Below, piece after piece: positions 53,025 to 64,000 of a stretch of 64,000 nt of DNA; positions within the stretch are counted from its first letter, which is position 1, and every line of letters starts with the position of its first letter. The notes under the pieces were generated by a model. It was given only the letters and a program-made list of their open reading frames with translations, searched no databases and was not told the DNA's origin. The translations under genes were made by a program, and so were the position numbers. The DNA comes from Lama guanicoe (lineage: Eukaryota): assembly GCA_013239625.1 (NCBI GenBank), contig MU054323.1, positions 15,256,029 to 15,320,028 of the forward strand, read 5' to 3'.

Positions 53025-54178
53025 AAAATAATATGCTGCTTACAAACCACTAAAATGATTTCAGAACTCACTAATGATTGGGTTTTAACCTGCAGTTTGG
53101 GAAACACTGTTGCAGAGAATTTAACCAAAATGTATTTTTCCTAAGCACCCCACTATGGCAAAGAAACTATTTCTACCTGAACTATGGAGTTACTAAGTCC
53201 TACCTAATTGTTGGGGTGCCTGAAGATTGGTGAAGTTTTCCACAGCAGCTTTTGCCTCGTTGGAAGAGTAGCAATATAATTTTTTTTCAAGCCCTATCTT
53301 TATGTGGTTATGAGATGGTAAACTTTTGAATCCCACTGTAGTCAGGAGGATGTTTAGTAGTGTTTGATAGCTGTCTACTGGTTCCTTCCCGTGAGAAATC
53401 TATTTTCAGTTCACACTTTAATCAAAGAGTTATTCCTCTGACTAAAACAAATGATACAGTGGCCGTACTGCTGATCACTAACTCTGGAACAGCTGACTAG
53501 AATGCAGAATGCTGAGATCAGAGTGAGGAAGCTGCAGGGTTAGGCACGTAGGAGAAGCTGCCATTCCTGTGTTCTCCAGTAGTTAGAAGCATGAGTTTTA
53601 AAGATTCTATACAATTTTTTTATTTCAATATAAGAAAGACTCTATTGAAGGGAGCATTCCACTCAGCATTGTTGTTAATTGCACCTTAGACCTGAAAATA
53701 AGTGAATGAGTAGAGAGACTTTTCCATGTGCCATGATGAAAATACAAAAACCTTTTTAGTCCCAGCCACTGTGGAATAAAACCATGGGAAGAGGATTGGA
53801 ACAATAAAGGTAAGAAGATAAACCTAGTGGAGCAGACCAAGACTAAGACATCTTCTCTGAACCTTCTGGACTAAGAGGTTTCCTCCAGTTCCTTAGTGAA
53901 GGAAGAATTAGAAATTGATGTGAGAACTTCAATGGAGGTGTTGATTATGTGCAATTATACTTTCAATAAATGAGCAGTCGACGCTACATGTATCTCCTTT
54001 CACACTGTGGACTCAGCCCTTCTCCCAAATCAGTTGCATGGCCTTAATAAATCCTAAGGCTGTGACCCAAATTAAAACAGACAAACCTATTCTCAACTGG
54101 TCCTGTCCTGTCCTACATGAGTGTAGTTTTAGCTCTGCATTCAGCAACTGTAATTTAAAAAAAATATGTTTCCCTTCC

Positions 54179-54516
54179 TGCTGTGGTCTGAATGTTTGTG
54201 CACCCCCAGAATTCATGTTGAAATTCTAACCCCCAGAGGTGATGCTATTAGCTGATGGGGCCTTTGGGAGGTGCTTAAGTGAAACCCTCACGCCTAGGAA
54301 TAGTGCCTTACAAAAGAGACTCCAGAGAGACCCCTGGCCCCTTCTGCCATGAAGACACTAGGAGAGTGTGTGACCCAGAGAGGGGTCCCCACCCAACCAC
54401 GCTGGCACCCCCGATCTTGGACTTCCAGTCCCTAGGACCATGAGCAACAAATTTCTGTTGCTTATAATCTATCTAGTCTCTGATATTTTGGTACAGCACC
54501 CAAACGGACTAAGATA
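54179..54516 (+). mobile_element. MLT1A-like MaLR solo LTR, complete
   Basis: TGCTGTGGTCTGAATGTTTGTG...CAGCACCCAAACGGACTAAGATA, with a perfect 5-bp TSD CTTCC at 54174-54178 and 54517-54521. Confidence 0.88.
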
Positions 54517-55359
54517 CTTCCCTTAGGACTTGAATTACTGGAGATTCTCAGCAACAACTTTCAGGAGGGGAGCTCACAAATTCTCCGCATGTGTTTTCTG
54601 CAACACCGTGCAGTGGGCTTTGTGTGTTTGCTTGCCAAGCCCCCTTGCTCTCGTTCTCCAGGGATCACGTCCCTTTCAGTTGCACCTTCCTCAGGAACCC
54701 AGTTCTTAATGAGGTGCTTTCCCTCTACGCTAGCTTTTGACTCCTCCTTTCCTCCGAAAGCATACTTGTATGTGTCGCAGTGTCTCAGAACTGGGATTAA
54801 TCTCCTTAGCATTTTTGCTGATATGTTCATGAATTAAGGAAGACACTTCCTCTGGAGGACATTTTCACTTTGAGCCCTTCCATGCCCTAACCCATAGGTT
54901 AGACATAATTAGGCCAACACTTTCTTTTCTTAATCTTGACGAGGGACCCAAGGATCAAAGAAGTTGTTAATTTATCCTAGTTCCTCCTCAAAAGGAATCT
55001 CCTACCAGTCAGAGTTTTAAGTTTCCTGGTCCATCATTAAGGTGTATTTTTCTAAGGGGAAAAAAGGGCATGGTTGTTTTTGGAGCTTTATGGTTTTTCA
55101 TAGAGATTATTGGTGAATTTATTCTGGTATGTATTGGAGCACTAAAAGCTGGTTTGTAACATATTGTGAGAATAAAAAGGAAACAGGCCTGGAATACTTC
55201 AACTGAATATGTTAAGTCTTGCTGCTGCTCCATGTTCATTGCTCTTCTAGAGGTTCTGTGAGATACTCAGATTAAATACAAGGAGAAAATGGGAAAAGAA
55301 ACAAACTAACATCTTCTGAACGCTTACCTATTTCAAGGGCTTATGCACATCATCTCACT

Positions 55360-56765
55360 CAGGGATGTAGAGAACTAGAAAGAGCATCACTCACATTCCT
55401 ACAATGAAAAGAAAAAAAAAAACACGAATTACAAGTTCTTGACTTTTTTTAAACCTGTCAGAGAATCTGTCACAGGGTAACCACCTGGCCCAACATCTAA
55501 AGAGAGAGAGGCCACCGCAGGCAGAGACTAGACGTGGGCACTGACTTACCTGGTGAAGACACAAGTGGACACTGGTTAGAAGAGTTCCGCTGGGGGACTA
55601 GAGAATTGGCGAAGGCCAAGTGTGTGCTGGTGAGAGTGTGAAGCCCCCAGGGGCCACAGAAATTGGGTGAAACTGCAATCTTTTCAAGCTTTTTCTCCAC
55701 AAGCCCTACTGAGCACGTGCAGGAAAGGTTGGAGAGAATCCTAAGAAAGTGTCCTTAAAGGGGGGAGGTGGGGAGCTGCTAAGGGTGGTCCCAGGATTCC
55801 ACCTGGACCCCTCTCACCAAATTTTCCCATGAGTGAAAACTTTAATCTGTAGAAGGAAGGGCAACAAACAGAGTTGTTTATTGTACGCTAGTGAAAATCC
55901 ATTGTAGCCAGAGGAAGGGAACTGGGAAGAAAACACTGTACCATTAGGGGAGGGGCAGAAATAAGAGCTATGTTGGCCCATAACTGCAGCCAGGGGGGCA
56001 GAAGCGCTGAGGTGACCATGTCTTTGAGGAGCGGAGACACCCCAGGAGCAGTGAGCACACCGAAGGCCAACGCTCAGATATGCGCTTCTGAATACCATTC
56101 TTCAGTAAAGGAAATCAGGGTTCCTTAGAAAAGTGATCCAGAGCTGAGGCAGGGAAAATAGAGGGTGATCCTGGAGCATTTTGAGGTATCGAAAAGGAAG
56201 TAATTGAGGGGGGGAGCTAGTTTCATGTTAAAAGGCCACAAGCACCAGAGAAGCTCCTGTTGGCCAAATTTGTAATAATTTGAGCAATGAAATAAAAGAT
56301 GGTTGGATTATAACCCAAAGAATGAATAAATACTCATGAGCCTATACTAATATAAATGAATCACTGAATAAATATATAAAGGGAGAAGGAATAAATTGTC
56401 CTTATAGAACAATTCCAAATAATAAATGTTGACAGAATGAGAAAACTCACCATCGGACCACAGTAAAAATCACAGTAAAAATGGCCATAGTCAGGCTCCA
56501 CTGATGGGTGCTAAAAATCAGTGGGTGAAAGTGTGAGGCGAAACGAAATATTTATAGCATCTCGAAGTATTTTTCTCTAAATATTTATTACTTACAAAGG
56601 GGAAAATAGTAATTTACAGTGCAGAAATCAGGAAAAAAACACCTTAACCAAGTGATCTCCAGTACTATGTTACAACATCATGTAATTTGTGAGAAGATGC
56701 CCTGAAGGGAGGCCCCCTCCTCGGTGCTGTTTTTCCAAATAGAGCAAAACCTCAATCCAATCGTA
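55360..56765 (+). mobile_element. Old L1 (L1MC-type) fragments
   Basis: L1MC 3'UTR motifs (TTCTTCAGTAAAGGAAATCAGGGTTCCTTAGAAAAGTG, TTACAAAGGGGAAAATAG, CACCTTAACCAAGTGATC), preceded by a block resembling an old L1 5' region. Confidence 0.55.
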
Positions 56766-58649
56766 ATACATTTCTTGGGATTTCTAACTACATCAAATAT
56801 ATGTCTAAACATAGTACTAGCTATTTGAAGATAAGGATGTCAAATGTGTTTATTTTTCTTTGTGTTCAGTCCTTCTAAAGAGATAAAATAGAATACAAAC
56901 TTCGGAAAAGGAGGAAAATATACCAGCCATAAGTGCTAATATAATACTCATTACTAAATATGACACACCGCTCTGAACTTCCCTGTTCCCAAGGTAAAAA
57001 GAGAACCATGAGGAATAAACATCAGACTTTGTGAGAATAAAGTTTTCCACCAATGTATATATATTTTTGCACCACTCTATGCATGTGTTTCGAGAGAGGG
57101 GAAAACCTTATCATTCCACTCCTAATTTACCTTTGAATGTTCATTCTTCTCTTGTTTGAATATATTTTATATGTTTGCAATCACAGTGTAGATGTCATTT
57201 TGTGTTGTTTTATTCACTAATGTCATAAACATTTTTCATATTTCCACATAGTCTTCAAAGTATCATTTTAATGCTTGTGTGATACTCTGTTATGTGAAAA
57301 TGCCATCATTTATTTACACATTTCTGAATTGTTGGACATTTAGGCACTTAATGTTTCTTGGTATTAAATTCTGGAAGATATTTTTTATGTGAGGATCCCT
57401 AAAAGGGACATGGGGCAATGAAACAATGTCATTGGGAGTGCTTTTACAAAAAGCAGAAGAGAATTCCATGGGAATGTTGCACATAATCATTCTCCATCAG
57501 AGGTAGGGTCAGAAAATGTAAACCAGTGAAGTGAATTTTCCAGTGGTTCAGCAATTGTACATCTTTGTCTACCTTTCCAGTGTTTAACATTGAACGTTTT
57601 GTTCAACTGAAGCTGAGTAAATGCATGATGATGTCGATATACGTCCATCCTTATTATTCATTCCATCTCCATACCTGCCTTTACTTTGGAGGAAGGTTCA
57701 CCTCAAGTCAGATTATTTCTAAGCTTTAATAAATAGCAGGGTCGTGTGCTGGTAAGAAACAAAGTACTTACATGCTATAAAGGGACCACCAGGATGCCTT
57801 TGGTGTTACGGGGGAAAAACAGAAAACAAAAGGAATTTCAAAGCTACAAACCACAAAGATTAATAATATATATAGCAGTGGGGTGAGTAATAGTCTTCAA
57901 GAACCCATGGTTTCTAATTCCTTCCTTCAAAACTAGGTGAGAAATCAGCGAGCTTTTCAATGTTTTCAAGTGGATTATGTAAATAATTAGAAATTATTTT
58001 ACTGTTGGGCTATGAGATACTGAGGTGTAACAACAACAACAGAAATCTTCATAAAGAAGCCAGGGTTTCTAAAGGGCCAAGTGTCTGCTCATTTATAAGA
58101 AAAAAAAAACTACATGTTTTAAACTCTGAGTATCAAGTTCTTAATCTTCACTGTTATGTCTTCCTTCTAAGTATCTTACCCTTTTCAATTATATTCTTCA
58201 TGATTGGAGTGATGATTTAAAAACAAAAATTTAATCATCTTCCAGTTTGGTGATTATTTTCATTTTTTGGTTTTCTAGCCATGAAATTATATTTCTCCTT
58301 CTTTGAAAGCTTTATTTTCCTGAGTCCTAGGATTCACCTGTGACTCAATGCAAAATTTACATTTCTTTACTATAACATATGCCAAGATGATATGATAATG
58401 TCTTGGGTGTTCTGTAGTTGCGGTACTATACGTCTGGTATAAAACTGGTATGAATTCTTTCCACTTACCCTTCTTGAGAGCATGTGAGTTGTTCCATCTA
58501 ATTACTGATATTTTTCATCAGCTCTTAAAAATTATCAGCTACTATCCCTCCAAATATTGCTTCATTATTATTTATATTCTCTCCTTCTGGAACTATGATT
58601 AAATAATCATAGATCATTCTTATTTGCCCTTGATGTCTTTTTTTTAAGC

Positions 58650-58783
58650 TTAGTTTTTTTAGAGAGTGGCAAGTAGGTTTGTTTTTATTTCTTTATTTAC
58701 TTATTTAACGGAAGTGCTGGGGATCGAACCCAGGACTTCATGCATGCTAAGCACGTACTCTACCACTGAGCTGTATCCTCCAC
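58650..58783 (-). mobile_element. tRNA-derived SINE, vic-1 type
   Basis: Reverse complement reads GGAGGATACAGCTCAGTGGTAGAGTACGTGCTTAGCATGCATGAAGTCCTGGGTTCGATCCCCAGCACTTCC followed by an A-rich tail. Confidence 0.85.
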
Positions 58784-59094
58784 TGAACTCCCCTTTTATA
58801 TTTCCCAACTCTTTGTCTGTGGACAATTTCTTAACATCATCTTCAGGCCCACCAATTCTTTTCTCAGCTGTGTGTAATGTGCTAATCTGTCCACACAATT
58901 TTATTCTTAATTACTAGATTTTCTTTTTCACTTCTGTGTAATTTATACTTTATCTTTTATATTGCCATCTGCCTGAACCAATTTATTTAAAAAGTCTATG
59001 TGTATGGATTTTATTACTGTTAACTATTAATAATCTGGCTTCCTAAGTAAGCATATACAATAAAAAATACTTTAAGGAAATTGACAATGAATAC

Positions 59095-59222
59095 TTTTTT
59101 TAGTATTGAGCCATGAAATACCTGGAATATACTTATTTTTAAAAAGGGCATTTGTTTTTTATCCGAAATTCAAATTAAACTTAGTATCTTATATTTTTAT
59201 TTGTTAGATCTGGCAACCCTAG
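59095..59222. mobile_element. MER53-like hAT MITE fragment
   Basis: TTTATCCGAAATTCAAATTAAACT...TATTTTTATTTGTTAGATCTGGCAACCCTA. Confidence 0.65.
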
Positions 59223-59297
59223 GAAAGATTGAAGGGCACTGTACTGAGTAATGTGACATTCCTTACTCATTAGCAATAAAGTCAAAGACATACCTCA

Positions 59298-59393
59298 GGG
59301 GCAGGGGAGAGGGTGTACCTCGGTGGTAGAGTGTGTGCTTAACATGCATGAGGTCCTGGGTTCAATCCCCAGTACCTCCATTAAAAAAAAAAA
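59298..59393 (+). mobile_element. tRNA-derived SINE, vic-1 type (short form)
   Basis: GGTGGTAGAGTGTGTGCTTAACATGCATGAGGTCCTGGGTTCAATCCCCAGTACCTCCA plus poly(A). TSD TCAAAGAC(A/G)TAC at 59282-59293 and 59396-59407. Confidence 0.88.
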
Positions 59394-60099
59394 GATCAAA
59401 GACGTACTTTGCCAGTTTGCAGTAATCAGGTACTATAGACTCTAAACATTTCGTCCATAGTATGTCTCAGTTCTTCAGGTATCTCCTGATTCATGAACAT
59501 GGATATGTTTGCCCAGGCACCTGTCTTTCTCCTGGATCATGTGTGTACCATAAATCATGTGTAACCTGAACATATTCTCATGTTTCTAAAAAGCTCACTT
59601 ACCTGCCAAATGACTTGTTTCCGACAGTTTTGCAATGCAAGGTTCCAATTGGTACCTTAGAAACATGACAAATTATTACTTGCCATAGATTTTTCTAGCA
59701 GGTTGCAAACTGTCACAATCATAAATGTGAAAAAGATGTGATCATTGTAGCAATGACTTTCATGCTGTTTTGTTGAGTCCTAAGGTTTGTCTGAGGTGTT
59801 TCTAAGGCTACCGTGAGGGGTAGAGTTCTCAGTCCCTGATCAAATCCAGGTCTCTTAGTTTTTATCTGGTCTGTGTATGTGGGTTCTCTACGCGCATTTC
59901 ACTTGCATGAAGGGTTCTGCCGTTAAGAAATAATTTGAAAACCAATAATTTGGAGACACATAGGCTCTGATGTAAGAAAAACTTGTGTCTTACCCAGGTT
60001 TAGCCACTTAACTTCTGTGGCACCTTAGACTGGTTACTTAACCTCTCTACGCCTGTTTTTCAAATAAGAGAAGAGAATAATAGAACTTTCCTCACAGTT

Positions 60100-60670
60100 C
60101 TTTCTAATTTTTCCTTTTTGTTGTGTTAAGAGCACTTAGCATGAGATCTGCCCTTGTAACAAAATTTTAAGTGCACGGTATAGTATTGTTTGTTAACTAC
60201 AGGTACTATGGTACAGCACATCTCTAGAACCTGTTCGTCTTGCATCTATGAAATGTTATATGCATTAAACAGCAACTCCCCACTCCTCTCTTTCCCTTGC
60301 TTCTGGCAACCACCATTCCACTCTCTGTTTCTGTGAGTCTGCCTGTATTAGATCCTCATGTAAGTGGAATCATGCAGCCTTTGTCTCTCATGACTGGTGT
60401 TATCTCACTTAGCATCATGTCCTCCAGGTTCATCCATGTTGTTGTGGCAGGACTTCCTTCTTTTTAAAGGCAGGATATTCTTCTGTTGTATGTAAATGCC
60501 ATATTTTATTTATCCATGGATCCATTAATGGGCATTTAGGTTGTTTCCATTATCATAGTTACTGTGAAATAGTACTGCAGTGAACATGGAAGTGCTCGTA
60601 TCTCTCTGAGTTCCTGATTTTCATTCCTTTGAATATATGCCCAAGAGTGGGATTGCTAGATAATACAGTA
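60100..60670 (-). mobile_element. L1 (L1MA/MB-like) 3' fragment inserted in a MIR (MIR halves at about 59960-60095 and 60672-60760)
   Basis: CTGGCAACCACCATTCCACTCTCTGTTTCTGTGAG, CACTTAGCATCATGTCCTCCAGGTTCATCCATGTTGT and AGTGGGATTGCTAGAT; MIR sequence continues across the insertion. Confidence 0.8.
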
Positions 60671-62039
60671 AGGAAAAAATGAGATAATTAATTAAAATAT
60701 TTAGTACGGCAGCTGGTATGTCGTAAATAAACAGTAAATGTTAGCTACTATAATTATTATTATTTTATATTAAGAGTAACCTTTGACTCATTTAATAATT
60801 ATTTGAACTGATTGTAGCTTCTATTTTGAGCCAGTGATGAATATACTTTTTCTCCTATAATCTTCACAATAAGACGCTGAGGTCATCGCGTTCTTATTCT
60901 AGGGGGAGGAAATACCTGGGCAGATTGGTGAGCCGCAGTGTTCATTCGGCCGGAAGTGCCAGACTGGGGTTTTGAACTTGAGTATCCTGAATCCAAGTAC
61001 AGTATTTTTCCTATTCAACCCAAACTATCTCCTCCAGAGTCAACAAGGAGCACACTGATCATTATTTATAATATCATTTAGATTTTTAGATCTGTGGATT
61101 TTGTAGTTTTGCAGAAAAGTTGCATTATAAAACAATTACTCAGTGTCCTCTTTCCAAGCATCCATATTAATGTGATTAATGTAAGAGATCAGAAGAATTT
61201 TTGAGGACCTTTGTGTCAGGTGCTCTCTGATTTCTTACTTCCTGGATTCCAGAGGACTGTTGTTTACTGCGTTAATTGATGTAGCCTTCAGGAGTGAAGG
61301 AAAACCCTTTGTCGCCTCACTCTTTGAATAGCCTTGCATCACTTTCCTATAATTATTTCTGTAGGTTAATGACATCAAAGAGCATTCTGCAGCAGATAAG
61401 GTGAACTGCTTCTGATAAATATATCATTATGGCAAATCATACTAAGGAGGGCTTCTTTTCTATGCTGCTGAAATACTCAAATGCCTTGTTTTTTTCAAGT
61501 GTTAAAATATTTTCTAATTAGCACACCAGGGTATCCCAGTCATTGGAGATGGCAACCTAGAGTCATGTCACCAGGGAATTTTTGTCTGCTGGTGAACTGG
61601 CATCAATTTGAAATAACCTTTCTTTCACTTGAATTTCCATTTTAATATATACAAGTAAACTATCAATGGAACACTCGTCTCCTCTCTCTTTAGTGCCCAT
61701 AATATTGTTGCTGTTCATGAAACATCATTTCGTTTCTGGAGCTTTACACAAATTGTATCACTTAATATTTATTACAACCCAGCAAAGTAAGTCTTATTCT
61801 ATCTGTAAGATGAGGAAACTGAAGCCAAGGAAGTTAATACTGCCCACTTCAAGTTTCACTTCCTGTACGTGAAGCACCTAAAACTGATTCTCAAGTTTTG
61901 TTACTTCTAAAACTGAGGCTTCTTCTCAGTATAAATACAAGTAAACCCAAATATTAAATAATTCCACAAATGATGCACATGCTTACAGGTATATAGGAAG
62001 GCATCACTTAGAGTACTGTGAAAATCAGTGTGATGAATA

Positions 62040-62270
62040 CAGTAATAGTAAACATTTTTAAGGGTTTATTATGAACTAAGCATTGTGCAGTACATTACAG
62101 ATATTAACTAACTTATGCAAAAAGTCCTAGAAGTAAGTATGTCTTTATACCCAAATTACAGATGAGAACACTGAGGTGTAGATAAGTAAGTCACTCTGAC
62201 AACATTCCGCATCTAGTAAGTGTGGGAAGCCTTGGGTTTTGACTAGATTCTGTGTGATCAAAGCCCTCCT
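62040..62270 (-). mobile_element. MIR SINE
   Basis: TTACAGATGAGAACACTGAGGTGTAGATAAGTAAGTCACT...CTAGTAAGTG. Confidence 0.7.
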
Positions 62271-62546
62271 CTTCACCCTCTAGCTGATGCAGTGATTTGG
62301 GTTCTAGTCATTCCCTTCCTTAATATCTTGCCAAGTTCTTAATCAGTGCCATATTTTGGATGCTGTCAGAAATTGTGTATTGATTTAGTCTAGGGGGATT
62401 GAAATCTGGTTTCTCTTCCAGGCTCTCTCTATATCTTCTGAAAATAAGGGAGAATGTCTCTCATGCTAAGTCTCCCTTAATCTAGTGCTTTTCCTGCATA
62501 AGCTTATAAATAATGCTTAGTTTTAGTTTGGAAGATGCATTTTTCT

Positions 62547-63105
<559 letters not shown>

Positions 63106-63589
63106 TTAAAACAAATACTCTTGATTCTCTTTTTAGAAATACATGTTATTTCTAAATACTTTTCACTTTATTTCTGTATATTATTTATAGATTTTTAAAA
63201 GCTGTGGGAAAACTTCTTCTAATTTTATTATATGTGCTGCTGAAGCTAGCACAAGCTTCTTCTAATTTTAAAACTAGTTTTGTGTCATAATTTTTAAAAA
63301 CACAAATCATTAAATCCCTATTCTATTATGAACCTATTTTTAATTACTTTCTATATCTTAATTTTCATTTTCCTTTGTTTTGACCATTTAAGAACTTTAA
63401 ATATTTTAAATTTATTTATGCATTCAGTACTGTGCCAGGTATTTTTAATGGGCTTTTAACAACACAGTCCACCCCTGATGTTTCCACTTTATTTGAAATT
63501 CCTTATCTTTGGAATCTATCCCTAATGATCAAGGGATTTTATAATAGAAAAGTTCTTGTTTAAATGAAAAGAATCGCAAAATAATAATA

Positions 63590-63800
63590 ACTCTTACTGA
63601 CATAGTGTTTCTGTAAGTTGTGCCAGGCACTGTTCTAACTGATTTATACATATTGACTCATCCTCAACACAGCATGGGACAGATGGAGAAAGAGAGGCAC
63701 GGGGAAGGTAGTGGCTGCCCAAGGCATGCAGTGAATAAGGGGAGAGGCTGGATTTGAAACAAAGCAGGCATCCTCTGGACTCTGTCCTCAACCATTGCAT
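63590..63800 (-). mobile_element. MIR SINE
   Basis: TGTGCCAGGCACTGTTCTAA...GGCTGCCCAAGGCATGCAG...GGCTGGATTTGAAAC. Confidence 0.75.
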
Positions 63801-64000
63801 CATTGAGCATCACAGAGTAATCTATCAACACGAATTAAATGCATTAAAATCAGTTCATGATGTTTCCAGATTGTAAAGGACAAACTTAATAGGATGTAGT
63901 TTATTATAGCATCAATAAATCATTCACCCACTGGACAAATATTTATTGAGCTCCTATTGTGTGCCTGTTGCTCTGTGAGGCACAGATGGTGTAAATAGCC

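Noticed and set aside
23990..56765. Similar blocks at about 24030, 43430 and 56600 as segmental duplications
   Set aside because: Independent copies of the same old L1MC-type 3'UTR.
58701..58783. tRNA-Ala-like sequence (also at 35409, 52900 and 59298) as a real tRNA gene
   Set aside because: The copies are mutually diverged, have A-rich tails and, in three cases, TSDs, so they are SINEs.
59590..59660. Strong minus-strand donor CAG|gtaagt near 59602
   Set aside because: No good matching acceptor and no recognisable peptide.
631..61872. The many 60-135 aa ORFs in the six-frame track
   Set aside because: None resembles a protein I recognise. Many start at non-ATG codons, overlap TEs or microsatellites, and have lengths expected by chance.

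Overview
Mammalian, AT-leaning, repeat-rich intronic or intergenic DNA. It is most likely from a camelid, inferred from four tRNA-derived vic-1-type SINEs. No multi-exon protein-coding gene could be recognised. The one gene-derived sequence is a full-length processed RPL32 retrocopy on the minus strand (62547-63083). It has an open 135-codon frame, a 5' TOP tract, a poly(A) tail and a perfect 17-bp target-site duplication. The rest is a typical eutherian mosaic of L1, L2, MIR, MaLR/ERVL solo LTRs, hAT and Tigger MITEs and microsatellites. Repeat family names come from recalled consensus sequences, not a database search, and most repeat boundaries are approximate. The most unusual structure is a set of four short, non-tandem direct duplications spaced 0.6-1.2 kb apart: 33 bp at 100%, 40 bp at 90%, 93 bp at about 76% and 138 bp at 92%. 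The 138-bp pair has a loose H/ACA-snoRNA-like layout. I found no convincing evidence of a new biological system; the findings are hypotheses to test.
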